Source of the DNA: Torpedo marmorata
Taxonomy: Eukaryota
Direction of reading: 5' to 3'
Length of the DNA: 64,000 bases
Assembly (NCBI GenBank): GCA_977017645.1
Contig: OZ360228.1
Location: 116,188,001-116,252,000, forward strand
The notes beneath the pieces were generated by a model. That model saw nothing but the letters and a program-made list of their open reading frames with translations. It ran no database searches and was not told where the DNA came from. Numbering within the stretch: position 1 is the stretch's first letter; each line of letters opens with the position of its first letter. Both the position numbers and the translations under genes were made by a program. Below, one piece after another: positions 63,034 to 64,000 of this stretch.

Positions 63034-64000
63034 CAAAAGAAGGTATTAAATATTTGGGAGTTAAAGTGGATACAAAATTAGAAAATTTATATAAATTAAA
63101 TTATGTACCTTTATTTACGAAAATAAAGAAAGATTTGGAAAATTGGAAAGATTTGCCTATAACTTTAATGGGGAGAGTAAATTGTATTAAGATGAATATT
63201 TTTCCAAGAATTCAATATCTTTTTCAATCAATTCCTTTTGGAATTCCAAAATTTTTTTTTAAAGATTTAAAGTTTATAATTAGGAAATTTTTATGGAAAG
63301 AGAAGTTAGCAAGAGTGAGTATGGATAAGTTAACATGGAATTATGAGATGGGAGGATTGCAACTTCCTAATTTTCAATATTATTATAAAGCAGCTCAATT
63401 AAAATTTGTTAATGAATTTTTTGATTTAGCTAAAACTTCTGCTTGGGTTAATATTGAATTAAATAATATAGGAGAAAATTATAAAGAGGATATTATTTAT
63501 AAGTGGAATTCTAAATTATTATTAGTAAAAAAGAAAAATTCACCGATTATTAAACATTTGTTGGAAATATGGACACAGGTAGATAAAGAAATAGGCGGCA
63601 GAGGATTAATTTCTTTAAATATGCCATTATATCAAAATCCACTTTTATTATTTACTATGAATAATCAGTTATTGAAAGCATGGTTTCAAAAAGGAATTAA
63701 GAATTTTAAAGATTGTTTTGAGGCTGGAAGATTTGTTACGTTTCAAAGATTGAAGGAAAAATTTAATGTATTAGATAATACATGGTTAGCTTATTATCAA
63801 GTTAAAGCTTTTCTGGTTGAGAAATTAGGAGAAGATTTGATTGCTCCAAGACATAATGAGTTAGAATTATTAATAACTAAAGCAAATGTTAATAAGTTTA
63901 TTTCTCAAATGTATAAATTATTTCAGAGAAAAATGCCTAAAGTAGGATTACATAAATCAAGATTAAAATGGGAATTAGATTTAAATGTTAATATAGCTGA
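63034..64000 (+). mobile_element. 5'-truncated L1 ORF2 fragment, apparently open to the window end
   Basis: KEGIKYLGVKVDTKLENLYKLNY...GGLQLPNF...KMPKVGLHKSRLKWE. Same family as the L1s at 844-10665. Confidence 0.92.

Overview
Eukaryotic DNA, most likely from a cartilaginous fish (inferred from HE1/V-SINE-like SINEs plus CR1, Rex1/Babar, L1 and Penelope families). The window is intronic or intergenic: I cannot support any host gene, and most of it is nested transposable elements. Main components are a full-length L1 (844-10665) with a second L1 inserted inside it; several Rex1/Babar, CR1, RTE, Tx1 and L1 fragments; Penelope-like elements with hammerhead-ribozyme motifs; SINEs; hAT and Tc1/mariner MITEs; a solo LTR; and a Gypsy remnant. 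The standout is a 5.9-kb BEL/Pao LTR element (21520-27466) with near-identical 638-bp LTRs and a 5-bp TSD. It encodes SAP-like domain, Gag and protease but has lost RT, RNase H and the integrase core. In their place, in frame, is a coiled-coil segment that closely resembles the vertebrate host protein MIPOL1 (recognised from memory, needs BLAST), suggesting host-gene transduction by a non-autonomous LTR element. All family names come from motif recognition, not database searches.
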